Shown: positions 12,188 through 23,297, counted from the first letter of the stretch. The stretch: 64,000 nucleotides of DNA from an uncultured delta proteobacterium (GCA_963745035.1 CAVUVW010000012.1:15501-79500), one strand, 5' to 3'. Numbers and translations are program-made. The notes: a model not told the origin generated them from the sequence alone.

Positions 12188-13117
12188 TCATCGTCCGAGA
12201 CCGGACGCGCCGAGGTACGCAAAATATTTGGTTTTGTTTTCTCTGGCCATCGCGAAAACTCTCCGGCCGCACAGCGTAAGAATCAAATACAGATACGGCT
12301 GAATTCGGTAAGGATACAACCCGATGGACTTCAAGAGCCACCGTCTCGCCCTTCGCGTTTGGCCCGCTTTGCAAAAGCGCACTCCGAACTCGAAAGAGCG
12401 GCTGCTGCATTGCTTCCGGAAAGCCGGAAACGAGCCATATTTCCCAAGCATGATCTCCAATCCTCGAGTCAGGGCTTCCAGGTTGGTCCACACCTTTTCG
12501 GCGTGGACGAAATAATTGAGCAGCGGTTCTTGTACGTAATCAAAATGAAACTCTCGAGATATTCGTATCCATAAATCTCGATCCTGAAAACTAGGCAAAG
12601 TCTCATCGAACAAACCCACCTTGTCCAGACAAGATCTCCTGAGCAGCATTGAAGAAGTTCCGCCGATAGGATTGCTCTCCAGAAGCTGATCGCGAAGATT
12701 GCCTCGATGGCTCGGAGTCATTCGACCACATATTCTTTCGCTGTCTCGATCCACCACGAGGTAGCCCGTGTAAATGGCGGCAACTTCGGGTTGGGCTCGG
12801 AGCATGAGATCCATTTGACGAGCCAGCTTCTCCGGATACCATTCATCATCGTCGTCCAAAAAAGCGATGTACTCACCGCAGGAATTGCGAATCCCGGTAT
12901 TGCGTGCGGCCGCTCCCCCTCGACGGCTGTCATGCCGGATCAAGCGGACTCTTTCGTCTTTGAAGGCGTTGACGATCTCAATCACGCAGTCGTCGGACGC
13001 ATCGTCCACGACCACAAGCTCAAGATCGCGAAACGTCTGGCCAAGAACGCTGCGAATGGCAACCGGCAGCAGTGTTGGCCGATTGCAGGTCGGAATGATC
13101 ACGCTGACTTGGGGCAT
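12188..13117 (-). CDS. GT2 glycosyltransferase
   Basis: VSVIIPTCNR, AARNTG, FLDDDDEW, QDRDLWIR. Confidence 0.92.
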   Translation of the reverse strand: MPQVSVIIPTCNRPTLLPVAIRSVLGQTFRDLELVVVDDASDDCVIEIVNAFKDERVRLIRHDSRRGGAAARNTGIRNSCGEYIAFLDDDDEWYPEKLARQMDLMLRAQPEVAAIYTGYLVVDRDSERICGRMTPSHRGNLRDQLLESNPIGGTSSMLLRRSCLDKVGLFDETLPSFQDRDLWIRISREFHFDYVQEPLLNYFVHAEKVWTNLEALTRGLEIMLGKYGSFPAFRKQCSSRSFEFGVRFCKAGQTRRARRWLLKSIGLYPYRIQPYLYLILTLCGRRVFAMARENKTKYFAYLGASGLGR

Positions 13118-13165
13118 GGCAATTTTCGTATCTGCTCGGACCAGCGACCTACAACCGTCTCGCTC

Positions 13166-14341
13166 TCATGCGCTCTGAATGGCCGAAACTTGCGCTGGTC
13201 GAGGCGCGAGTTCCCTACCCGCGCATTTGTCGATAATCGCTCGCAAGTTACTTATGCTATCCTCCATATTGAAGTTTCGGCTAATATGTTCTCGGGCACT
13301 TTTTCCCATATCCAGCGCCAGCTCAGGATTTATTAACAGTTGAGACATGTATTCGGCCATCGCGTCGATATCGCCTTCTTTTACCAAAAAGCCGGTTCGG
13401 CCATGTACCACAGTGTCCACAATGCCTGCGTGCATAGTGCTTACGACCGGCAGACCGGCGGCGCCCGCCTCGAGAATTCCCACCGGCGTCCCTTCCGAGT
13501 CTCCCGATTGCGGCACCAATGAATGCTGAACAAAAATACGCGAGTCTTGCATCAACTGCGCTACCTGCTCATGATCGACGGCGCCTTTAAGAGCAACCGC
13601 ATGTTCGATATGTAACGCCCTGACGAGTTGCCGACAAACATCTTGCAACGGTCCGTCTCCCACCATGATGAGCTTGGCGTCGGGTAAGCGCTCCAGTACT
13701 TTCTGGAACGCGAGAATCGTCAGATAGGGGGCCTTTTTTTCCACGAAGCGGCCCACCGCGAGAGCTTGTGGCCGGGACGTGAGAGAAGCTGGTTTGAACT
13801 TGGCAATGTCCACCCCATAAGGGTTGTAGAAGACCTTCTGTCTCGGCGCGCCTAATTGAACGAGCTGATCGATCATTTGCATCGACACGGCGATTATGCC
13901 GTGAGCATAGGCAAACAGTTTCCTGTACGCCGCGCCGTATCGGTCGAGCACCTGACGTATGTATGCATCGTAGCCGTGAAAATGCACGACCAGAGGAAGA
14001 TTCAGCTCCCGGCATGTTTGCAACACTCCGACTCCCGTTACACCGAATTCCGCCAGAACTACATCTACGTTATGCATTCTGAAAAATTTGCGTAGGGAAG
14101 TCTTCTTTGCGGGATTCAAGAGATAGCGATGCACCGACATCTTTACAGTATGTTTGAGCTTCATTGCGGTGTCGTCACATGCTTCACGCGGCGCTTCACC
14201 AGCCACGTCGACTGGGAAGCGCTCCAAATAGGTTACGATCGGCGATAGTCTCTCAATATGAGCCCGTACGAACGTTTGCGAATATGGGCTCGCGTATGCG
14301 CGAGGTAGAACTATACAAATATTACTTTTTAGTTCGGTCAT
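13166..14341 (-). CDS. GT4 glycosyltransferase (WcaL-like)
   Basis: HFHGYD, VGRFVEKK, GDSEGTPVGILEA. Confidence 0.92.
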   Translation of the reverse strand: MTELKSNICIVLPRAYASPYSQTFVRAHIERLSPIVTYLERFPVDVAGEAPREACDDTAMKLKHTVKMSVHRYLLNPAKKTSLRKFFRMHNVDVVLAEFGVTGVGVLQTCRELNLPLVVHFHGYDAYIRQVLDRYGAAYRKLFAYAHGIIAVSMQMIDQLVQLGAPRQKVFYNPYGVDIAKFKPASLTSRPQALAVGRFVEKKAPYLTILAFQKVLERLPDAKLIMVGDGPLQDVCRQLVRALHIEHAVALKGAVDHEQVAQLMQDSRIFVQHSLVPQSGDSEGTPVGILEAGAAGLPVVSTMHAGIVDTVVHGRTGFLVKEGDIDAMAEYMSQLLINPELALDMGKSAREHISRNFNMEDSISNLRAIIDKCAGRELAPRPAQVSAIQSA

Positions 14342-14387
14342 GACGGCGACTTAGGCGCGCTGTTTCGTCAATGAGAGACCAATGACG

Positions 14388-15131
14388 TCAAGCGGGGCGC
14401 GTGCCTGATTTTTCAGCTACTACACAATAAAAAAGCGGGAATTTTTGTGCTGTCGCTCTAGAGATTTTCTGTCCGATGCTGGATCGTATAAAAACGTCGC
14501 ACAGAAAGAAATGACAGGCCGAAAGAATCCTGGAAAAAGTAATATTCTTGGCGATGACGTCGCCGATGACTTCGGGGGCCCCGCCATAAGGCTCCAACGA
14601 TACTACCGTTAGGCCATTTTGCTCACAAAACATTTGTAGCCTGTATTTTGTGAATCGATAGTAATCGTGCGGTTCCTCGTGAATCCAGTAAAGAAACGGC
14701 ACCCCGAGGATAATTTTCCCACGCGGCTTTAGTACCCTGGCCATCTCGCGCCACAGTAAGTCTGGATTCGACACATGCTCCAAAACATCCGTAGCTAAAA
14801 TCGTGTCAAACGTTTCGCTCGGCAGCGAAATTCCGTGATTTAGGTCGAACGAATGATCCAGAAAAGGACTCTTGTGGCTGGTGCTTTCCCAGTCAACACA
14901 GATGTTATCGGAAACGTAATCCCTGTAAATTTGATATAGAGGCACCTTGCCGCAGCCCAGATCCAGTAGCACGCCGGATGCGTGACGTTTAATAGCGCCT
15001 TCGTATACCCGAGCTAGTATGTCGGCGGTAAAACGGGTCCCACGATTCAGCTCTTTTGTGTTTCTAGTAGCTTTCCAGCCGCTCGGCGTCAGCACGAATT
15101 TGGAAGGTTTCCACAAGTGCTTGTTTTGCAT
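14388..15131 (-). CDS. Class I SAM-dependent methyltransferase
   Basis: LLDLGCG, VLEHV, RVLKPRG, PFLYWIHEEPHDYYRFT. Confidence 0.9.
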   Translation of the reverse strand: MQNKHLWKPSKFVLTPSGWKATRNTKELNRGTRFTADILARVYEGAIKRHASGVLLDLGCGKVPLYQIYRDYVSDNICVDWESTSHKSPFLDHSFDLNHGISLPSETFDTILATDVLEHVSNPDLLWREMARVLKPRGKIILGVPFLYWIHEEPHDYYRFTKYRLQMFCEQNGLTVVSLEPYGGAPEVIGDVIAKNITFSRILSACHFFLCDVFIRSSIGQKISRATAQKFPLFYCVVAEKSGTRPA

Positions 15132-15254
15132 TGGAGCTGGTCGATTTCGAGCGATGTCCTTTGCAACCTGCTAGCGACGGCAAACATGATAATGCCCGAT
15201 CTGAGAGATTTTGAGCAGGCTGCGAATCGCGGCTTTTTCAACAATCAGTGCGGA

Positions 15255-16211
15255 TTAAGAAGACGCGAGCGTGAGCTTTCTCTTCAAGAAGCGTAGCGCC
15301 ACGTAGGGGCGCGTTCCGTAAAAAATACTTAGGAAACGACCAAGCGAAGGGAAATATCCAAAATAACGGAACACCTTTGCGTAGGCGGCAATGCGTTTAA
15401 GCGGCGACTTCATCGCACTGGCCCTACGATAGTTTGCCGCGGCGAAAAATCGCAACCCCTCGCGTCGCAGTTGAGCTTGGCTGTCCGGAACCAATTCGCA
15501 CATGAGGTCGAGCAGGGCGACGGAGTCCTCGCACCACTCGTCAATGCTTCTGCCAAAAGCTTGTTGGCCTTCATGATACCGGACGCTCGCCTTCACCTCC
15601 GGTACATCGACTCTCCCGTATGTAGCGATAAGCCGGAACTCGGCCATGCCATCCTCGTAGCAGTTGTGTTTGGATCTAAAGCCGCCGATCTCTCTTAATC
15701 TCTTCGTGTTAAATAGCGTGCTGCAAAGATAAAGTGCGGTCTTACCGGACAACCAAGCTCGAAAGAAGGCATCCGTCGGCAGTCCAGCCGCTCGATTGGG
15801 TATTTCGCTCACCACTTTGCCTTGGGAGTTGATCAGTCGCGTCCCGGTGCGAATGATACCCGCCTCGGTGAGCCCCTTAGCGGCATCAATGCAGGAAGCG
15901 ACAAAATCGGGATCGATCATGTCATCATCGTGAAGTAATAATACATAGCTTCCTTTTGCCTGCTCGAAGCAAAAATTGAAGTTGTTGTTAGCCCCGATGT
16001 TGCGCTCGTGTCTAAAGTACCTCAGGCGCGAATCGCCGATGCTGGTCACAAGAGCTTTCGTGCCGTCCGTCGAACAATTATCGGATACGATGATCTCCAG
16101 GTTTGCATAGGTTTGATTCAAGGCGCATTGCAGCGCTTGCGGCAAATAGAAATCCGCCCGGTTATAGGTCGGAATCGCAATCGTAACTAAGGGTAACAAG
16201 GGTTGCACCAT
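15255..16211 (-). CDS. GT2 glycosyltransferase
   Basis: IAIPTYNR, SDNCSTD, LLHDDD. Confidence 0.92.
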   Translation of the reverse strand: MVQPLLPLVTIAIPTYNRADFYLPQALQCALNQTYANLEIIVSDNCSTDGTKALVTSIGDSRLRYFRHERNIGANNNFNFCFEQAKGSYVLLLHDDDMIDPDFVASCIDAAKGLTEAGIIRTGTRLINSQGKVVSEIPNRAAGLPTDAFFRAWLSGKTALYLCSTLFNTKRLREIGGFRSKHNCYEDGMAEFRLIATYGRVDVPEVKASVRYHEGQQAFGRSIDEWCEDSVALLDLMCELVPDSQAQLRREGLRFFAAANYRRASAMKSPLKRIAAYAKVFRYFGYFPSLGRFLSIFYGTRPYVALRFLKRKLTLASS

Positions 16212-16344
16212 CGGACGTGCCGATCAAATGGCACGATGGACAAACGGCAGGACTCTTAGCTTATACTGAAATTGACGAAATCTGCGTTTAGCTCGTCAGT
16301 CATCGGGCCTGTCATCGAATTACGAATGCGCGAGCACGCTGACC

Positions 16345-17296
16345 TTACGCGTTTTCAGCGATGCCCATGCCGAATTCAGTCCGTTGCCCGCGCGCCAGAC
16401 GCAGGCGCGCCTGCACCCGGCGCGCCCGGCGAAAATTCTCGCCGCCTAGCAGCGCCAGAGCCAAATACCCGTACGATTGCATCGCCAGCGGATTGAGCCG
16501 TGCCGCCCGCATCAGAGCCCTGCACCCGGCGTTGAAGCGGTTGGCTTCGCAGTGCTGCACGCCGAGGGCGAGATAGTAGGTGCCGCATTTCTTCCGGAAG
16601 GCTGCCGCATAACCGTATTTTCTTAGCATCAGCTCCAGGCCCAGGGTCAAAGCTTCGGCGTTGGTCCAAACCTTATCGCCATGAACGAAATACTTGAGCA
16701 ACGGTTGGCGGACACATTCGAAGCGGTACTTCCGCGCCGCCCGCAACCACAAATCGTAGTCCTCAAAACTCGGCAACCGTTCATCGAAAAAACCGATCTC
16801 ATCGAAGCAGGAACGCCGCAACAGCATACAAGAGGTGCTGCCGACGCAGTTGCCGGCCAGAAGCGCGGGGTAGATGTCGCCGCGCTCGGTGGGCACGATC
16901 TGGCCGCGGATCTGACCGTCATCCCGGTTCACGATGTAATATCCGGTATAGATTCCACCAACTTGCGCAGGACTGACAAGCATGGCGTCCATCTGGCGAG
17001 CAAGTTTCTCCGGATACCACTCGTCGTCGTCGTCGAGAAAAGCGATGTATTCACCGCTCGACTGCAGAATCCCGGTATTGCGCGCCGCGGCTGCGCCGCG
17101 ACGGCCATTGTGTCTGAGATAACGGACCTCCGCGCGGCCAAAGCTTTTGACGACTGCCGCCGCATCATCGCTGCCGCAGTCGTCGACCACGAGGATCTCC
17201 AGATCCTTGAAGCTCTGAGCCAAAACGCTTTTCACGCGCTCCGGCGAGGAATCCCGGTCGATTGTAAGTTGGGATGATGACGCTTACCTGTGCCAT
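16345..17296 (-). CDS. GT2 glycosyltransferase (frameshift near 17235)
   Basis: MAQVSVIIPTYNR from ATG 17296; FLDDDDEW, EDYDLWLR. Close paralog of 12188..13117. Confidence 0.9.
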
Positions 17297-17396
17297 GCTT
17301 TGTGCAACTCCGCGCTATGCCGCCCGCAGATCCAAATCACTATTGACCAGCCGATCGTTCAGCTCGTCGATCATAAGCGTTGCGCCACACTTCATC

Positions 17397-20197
17397 CTAG
17401 TGCGAAGACAAGGCGCGAATTTCCTGCGACATCCTGCGGAGAAATCTCACCCTGTGCTCGCGTTCGACGATTTCGTGACTGACGAGCTGGGTCAACTCCC
17501 AGATCCGCGCCATCGGAAAAGTCTCCATGGATTCACCGAGCGCCACCACTCGGTCGTTTACTATCCCAGATGATTTGGGACCGAGCGGGTCGCTCAGCTC
17601 GGCGGCCATCCGATCCAAAAATGGGCGTGGCACGACGCCGCTCGGCGCGCCCGCGCCATTGCCCCGGCGGGACGATGGCGCGCTTCCTTCCTCACGGTGT
17701 TGCTTAAATCCCAGGTCTCCCATCAAGTGATCGAGATCATCGACCTTGCCGATGACCTCGTCGTCTTTCGCCCCGCTGAACGCCCAGCTATCTTCGCCGT
17801 GGTGTCGATTCCGATTCCCATTCTCCTGCAGCTCTTCCTGCATGGAGGCATAGTAAGTCGGATAGTACGACCGGTAGTCGACGTAGTCGGGATTGCGAAT
17901 ATCCACACCGTTCAGCACCACGCCCAATAGCGTCGCGTTGATACTGTCGAGCCGCTCCACCGCCTGGCGCGCCGCCTGGGCCGTGGTTTTCTGGCCGTGA
18001 AAAACCATGAGTACGCCATCGCAGAACGCCGAGACGACGGCGGCATCGCTCACCGCGATCGCCGGCGGTGAATCGATCAACACGAAATCGAAAGAGTTGC
18101 GCAGGTCGTTCAGTACCTCCTGCATTTTGCGGGACATCAAGAGATCCGCCGGGTTAGGCGGCAATACGCCGCGCGGCAGCAGGTAGAAATTTTTTATCGA
18201 GGTCTCTTTCATGGCGCTGCGCAGCGCGGTTTGGCCGGCGAGGACGTTGGCGAGACCGCTCTGGTTCGGCATATTGACCAACTTATGGCACCGCCCCTTG
18301 CGCAGGTCGGCATCGACGACCACCACGCTTTGACCGCTTTGGGCCAACGCGGCGCCGAGATTGACCGTCGTCACGGTTTTGCCTTCCCCAGCGGAAGGAC
18401 TCGTGAGCAAGATCACTTTGGGCGGATGCTCGGCCTTGGATAGCATCAGCGCCGTACGAATGGTCCGATACGATTCCGCGGTGAGCGAGAGCTGATCGCG
18501 CGCCATCACCAGCTCCTTCGGCATGTTATCGCTCGAACCGGCGGAAGATTCCAAATATTTGGGGACCGGGCGCTGCAGCCGGTCCGGACCGGTACTTTCC
18601 CGGCAGCGATTTCAGATGGGGCACGACACCGAGAGTCGTGAGCGATACGGCGGCCCAAACGTTTTGTGGCGTATTGACCGTGGAATCCATGTATTCCAGG
18701 AAAAAACCCACCGCCAGGGCCAAGATAAACCCGAGGATCGCCGACAGCGCCATGTTGCGCGTCCAATTGGGCGATGACGGCAGCGGTCGGCAGCTCGGCC
18801 CGCTGCATGATTTGCATATTCGAAGCCGCGAGATCATTGGCGACATTGGTCTCATGCAGGCGCTTCAGGACGTTTTCATACAGGCCGCGGTTGACCACGA
18901 CCTCTTCGTTGAGCACGGCGTAATCGACCCCCACCTCCTTGAGGCTGAGCGCGGTGGACTGCTGGCTCTTGGCTTCTTTTTCGAGCGACTCTTCGCGCGC
19001 CCGCGCCGCCGCATAGGACGATTCGATGCCGCGCACGATATTGCTAATTTCGGCGCGCAGGCCCCGGCGCGCTTCGATGATCTGCTGGTTGATTTCCTGG
19101 ACGCGCGGATGCTCGGCGGTGAAAATGCTGAGTAGCCGGCCCTTATCCGTCTCCAGGGTGGCGAGATTGCCTTTGATCTGCTGGATCAGCGGATTGCTCA
19201 ACACCTGGCTGAGATAGTCGGTGTCTTTGCTGCGCGTCATCTGGTAGAGCGACTCGGCTTCGATGCGGTCGGATCTGGCTTTGGTGAGCACCCGATTGAG
19301 CTCCACCAGCCGCTCGACGGCGATGTTTTCCCCTTTGTCGAACGACACGACGCCGTGCTGCTGGCGAAATGCGTTGAGCTTTTGCTCCGCCGTCTGGACT
19401 TTTTCCCGCAGCTCGGCAAGTCTGGCGCTCAGAAAGTCTTTGGCTTCCTTGGTGAGACTGAACCGATTTTCCAAAATCATCTGGATAAAAGCGGCGGCAT
19501 GGCCGTTGGCCAGATCCTGCGACAGCTTGGCGTCGGGGGTGGAGAAACTTACTTCCACCAGGCGGGTGTTGCGCACCGGCTCGACCTTCAAAAAGCGCGA
19601 ATAACGGCCCACCCAGCCCGGGCTGACTCCAAGCTCGTAGGTCGGGGCGCGCCGAGTCGGTGGCGTTTTGGTCTCGCCGCTCAGCCAGTCGAAGCCGCTC
19701 TGGATATAATTGAGGCCGGCGCCGATCAGATTGGACACCGACTTGAGCAGACTCGGACCATCCGCCTTGCCGGTGAACGCCGGGTTGTCCTCCAGCTTCA
19801 AGTCCCTGATCACGCGCGCGCGCAACGGCTCGCTTTTGAGCAAAGCGAATTGCGTCTGATAGTAATCGTACGGCCCGATGTTGTACTGCCCGGGCATTCC
19901 TTGGGCTACGCCGGGAACCCCGGTGACGCTGGGATTTTGCGGCTCGATCTGCAAGGTCGAGCGCGCCGTATAGAGCGTCGGCGATGCAAGTGTAATGATT
20001 GCGCCGATGATCATCACATCGATAAAAACCGCCGCCATCGGCCGGATGCGCTTGAGCAGGATCTTCCAGTAGTGGCGTAGGTGGGTTTGTTCCCCTTGAT
20101 CGGAGTAGTAATAAACCACCTCATCCGCCGGCGGCGCCGATCGGGTCGTTCCCCTTCCCGCCAGGGCATCTGAGTATTGTCGCGTGAGTTCGTTCAT
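17397..20197 (-). CDS. wzc: Polysaccharide co-polymerase / BY tyrosine kinase Wzc (frameshifts near 18550-18780)
   Basis: N-terminal TM and coiled coils; Walker A SAGEGKT, DADLRK, IDSPP; Tyr cluster DYVDYRSYYPTYY. Confidence 0.92.
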
Positions 20198-20222
20198 GGA
20201 TCTACCTTACAGCCAGCGTTCA

Positions 20223-21260
20223 TTATCTAAACGATGTAACCGAACCTCCCGAGATGATCGTGCCGACGAAACGCCTGACGAAATATTTAAACCCGCTCAT
20301 CGGCACCAGAAGGACGTCGTCGGGCATCACTTGAGGATCTTTTGCCTTCCCCGCCAAGACAGCATCGAGATCTACCGAAATCGTATTGATTTGGCCGCCG
20401 GCCGCACGCCGGTTGATGGTGACCGCCGAGTAATCCGCCAGGTCCATGATGGCCCCGCCGGCGGTGGCAAGTGCTTGGCTCAACGTGTAGTTGCGCCCAA
20501 GCGGGTACGACCCCGGCTTGCCCACCGCGCCGTCGACGAAAAACATGCCGGACTGAGGCACATTCACCACATCGCCCGCCTGCACCACCATGTTGACCGC
20601 CTGGGTATTGTCCGCGATCACACCGGTGTTGTTGGCGAGCATCATGAGATCGACGATCAAAGTTTGCCGCTCGCCTTTTTCATCCTGGCGATACACATGG
20701 ACTTGATTGCCGGCGCGCTCGGTTACCCCGCCGGCGAGCGCCAGCATATCGATCACCGTCTTGGGGCCGCTCAGCTCGAATACGCCAGGCTTTTGCACCG
20801 CGCCCATGACGGAAGCCCGCTGGCGGTACTCCGTCACCATCACGCCGACCTGGGGGTTGCGGATGTATTTGGTGTAGCGCTTGCTCAGCTCTTCCTGAAC
20901 TTGCGCGATGGTTTTCCCTTTGACATTGACTTCACCGACCAGAGGCACGACGACGACGCCTTCGTGACTTACCCGAAGCATAACCATGCGGGGAGTTGCG
21001 CGGGCCTCCTGCTCGGGAATGTTATAGATGGTCACCTGGATCAGATCCTCGGGACCGATGCGATAATCCATCGTCGAATTGCTGGATTGCGCGGCCGACA
21101 GCGCTAACGCCTTGTTGATTTCGTTCGCAGCGGAAGTGGAATCGCCTGGCCCCGGCGGAGTGCCGGCCGGCGGCGGTTGTTGGCCGACCCCGCCGCATCC
21201 CAGTGCCAATGCGATCATCACAGCGCACAGTGCCGCAATTTCTTTTTTCTGGATTCTCAT
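20223..21260 (-). CDS. wza: Polysaccharide export lipoprotein with SLBB domains
   Basis: Lipobox ALGC; DYRIGPEDLI, YIRNPQV, GAVQKPG, LALAGG. Confidence 0.9.
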   Translation of the reverse strand: MRIQKKEIAALCAVMIALALGCGGVGQQPPPAGTPPGPGDSTSAANEINKALALSAAQSSNSTMDYRIGPEDLIQVTIYNIPEQEARATPRMVMLRVSHEGVVVVPLVGEVNVKGKTIAQVQEELSKRYTKYIRNPQVGVMVTEYRQRASVMGAVQKPGVFELSGPKTVIDMLALAGGVTERAGNQVHVYRQDEKGERQTLIVDLMMLANNTGVIADNTQAVNMVVQAGDVVNVPQSGMFFVDGAVGKPGSYPLGRNYTLSQALATAGGAIMDLADYSAVTINRRAAGGQINTISVDLDAVLAGKAKDPQVMPDDVLLVPMSGFKYFVRRFVGTIISGGSVTSFR

Positions 21261-21379
21261 AACTGCTCCACGAGCCAAGCTATGCCGAAGACATAGCTCC
21301 GCCCATCGGGTACTTTCCCTATCCAACCAAACCGAAAGCATTGAGCCACGCGACGACCAGCTCGCGGGAAAAATCACTT

Positions 21380-21910
21380 CTACGCCGCTGGCGCGGCCAT
21401 CGCTGGCGCTATGGCAACCGACTGATTGCGGATAAACTCAACGTTGAGCTTGACGCTGATCTGTCGGCTTAAAAGTTTTAACAAAACCCGCACCCGCCCG
21501 TTTGCATTGGGCGGGTTCTCGATAATCCCTATAAAACCATTGAACGGACCACCGCTGATTTCCACCTGCTGTCCAGTACTTAAGCGTGATTGGGCGCGGA
21601 TGATTCCCGCCGCGTCCGCGCGCTCTCTGAGGAAGCTCACGACACTCTCATCAACGGGGATCGGCGTGTCGCTGCAACTGACAATTCTTTTAACTCCAGG
21701 CGACCACGTCACGTAATGAGCTTCAGAAGAAAGATCCAACCGCACAAACAAATAATTCGGAAACAATGGTGCGATAGCGCGCTTTGCCGCACTCCGTCCG
21801 GGAAGCTGAAGACGAGGAAAAAAACATTCTATTCCCTTCAAGCCCAAGTGCAATTGCACTTGCTCCTCTTTGCGCGACTTACTGTAAATTACGTACCACT
21901 CGCGATGCAT
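21380..21910 (-). CDS. NusG/RfaH/UpxY-type transcription antiterminator
   Basis: WYVIYSKSRKE, PLFPNYLFV, KOW GQQVEISGGPFNG; first gene of the EPS operon. Confidence 0.9.
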   Translation of the reverse strand: MHREWYVIYSKSRKEEQVQLHLGLKGIECFFPRLQLPGRSAAKRAIAPLFPNYLFVRLDLSSEAHYVTWSPGVKRIVSCSDTPIPVDESVVSFLRERADAAGIIRAQSRLSTGQQVEISGGPFNGFIGIIENPPNANGRVRVLLKLLSRQISVKLNVEFIRNQSVAIAPAMAAPAA

Positions 21911-21938
21911 ACTCAGGCCTTTAAGCACTGTACATAAC

Positions 21939-21953
21939 GCAAGCAAGGTGCCA
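21939..21953 (-). promoter_or_regulatory. sigma54 promoter of EPS operon
   Basis: TGGCAC-CTTGC-TTGC, exact -24/-12 consensus, about 30 nt upstream of ATG 21910. Confidence 0.85.
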
Positions 21954-22402
21954 CGGTCCGATTAAAAAAGTTTGTCACTAAACTGCGAGTTAATAACAAC
22001 GCAACGCAATGATGTCAGCGAAGCTTGAGCGAGTGCTCGAAAGTGCTTGGCAGTGAGTCGGCCACAACTGGCCTATTTACTCTGAATCGCAGGGGAAAGT
22101 AGAAGAGCATTCAAGCCGCTCCGCAACCGACTTTCTTTCGGCCACATCTGGCGGATTCGTCAGAGTTGGCTCATGCGCTTGGAAAAATACTTTAAACCTT
22201 AACAAAAAGTTTTTGCTGGCGCTCTCTCACCCGGCGGACGAGGCCTGTTTTTTCTTCGTATAATGTTGAAACACAAGAAAATGTCGGGAGAACGCCTACG
22301 AAAAAATCAGACACTCGACTGATATCCCGGCGGAGTTCTGAGGGAATTTTCCAGCAGCTTCAACCGCGACAGCACGAGTGAAGAATTTTTCTATTTGCGC
22401 GC

Positions 22403-22451
22403 TGTCTCACTTTCGCGACAAAAATATTTATTTAGTCGCTTAATTGAGACG
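22403..22451. promoter_or_regulatory. Paired palindromic enhancer-like sites
   Basis: TGTCTCACTTTCGCGACA and AGTCGCTTAATTGAGACG, inverted relative to each other with an AT-rich spacer. Confidence 0.55.
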
Positions 22452-22503
22452 GTATCGGGATCGGCAACGACACGATTGCGCTGACTTCGGTGAAAATCAT
22501 GAA

Positions 22504-22518
22504 CGGTATTGATTTTGC
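22504..22518 (+). promoter_or_regulatory. sigma54 promoter
   Basis: CGGTAT-TGATT-TTGC upstream of 22658. Confidence 0.65.
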
Positions 22519-22657
22519 TCACTCTTTTAGCACCGTTCATAAATTCTCCAGTCGGGCTTTAGTGTTTAGACTCCGTGCGACTCCGTCTCGCAGCGAAAGT
22601 AATGTAATAGGTTTATTTTAATTTCGGTACGGGTAATAAAATAAAACAGAGGAGACC

Positions 22658-22918
22658 ATGCAGGTGAATGTGCTAACCCGGTTGGAAAATCGACGAGACA
22701 ACGTCCTGAGAACGCTCGAACACATTCGCGCGCAGCAGCTTGAGGTCGATGCCAATACCGAATGGAAAGACCTTTGCGCTCAACGGCGGCGCAGCGAGCT
22801 GCTCGCGGAATTGTTCGGCTGGTACAACGGCAAACTCGAGCGCATCGACCATGCGCTCGGGCGAATCACTTCGGAGCGGACGGCAAGAACGGGGCAGCGC
22901 GCGCGCCCATCCGCTTGA
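22658..22918 (+). CDS. Small DksA/TraR-like coiled-coil protein lacking the C4 zinc finger
   Basis: AGGAG RBS; KLERIDHALGRI resembles the DksA helix that precedes the zinc finger. Confidence 0.55.
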   Translation: MQVNVLTRLENRRDNVLRTLEHIRAQQLEVDANTEWKDLCAQRRRSELLAELFGWYNGKLERIDHALGRITSERTARTGQRARPSA

Positions 22919-23069
22919 AAAGGAATGGTCCCGCACGCGGCGCTGAGCTAAACCGAAGCGCTTTCTTCTTCGGCGATTACGATCGTGTGGCAGGAGCCGA
23001 GCCGTTTACAGGGAACGGTTCCGCGCCGCGATCCATGGGATTCGCGCGCTACTATATTCCTCTATTTGT

Positions 23070-23297
23070 TTACTCCTCGATCGCCGCTTTTATGAAATAG
23101 AAGCTCGTCGTATTTACAACGGTCTCTTTCTCTTCTTTCTTAATTTTCACAAGCGGTCCCGAGGCTCCGATGACGGTGCCCCGATGGATTGTCTCACTGC
23201 CGCCGTCCGGATAGCCGATCACAACGGTGACCGTCTGTCCCATCGATAGTAGCGCGCCGGTGTCGCCGCCGGCCCCATTCTTCTTTCTAGTCGCCAT
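23070..23297 (-). CDS. Small hypothetical protein (beta-rich)
   Basis: AAGGAG RBS, ATG start, plausible composition. Confidence 0.6.
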   Translation of the reverse strand: MATRKKNGAGGDTGALLSMGQTVTVVIGYPDGGSETIHRGTVIGASGPLVKIKKEEKETVVNTTSFYFIKAAIEE

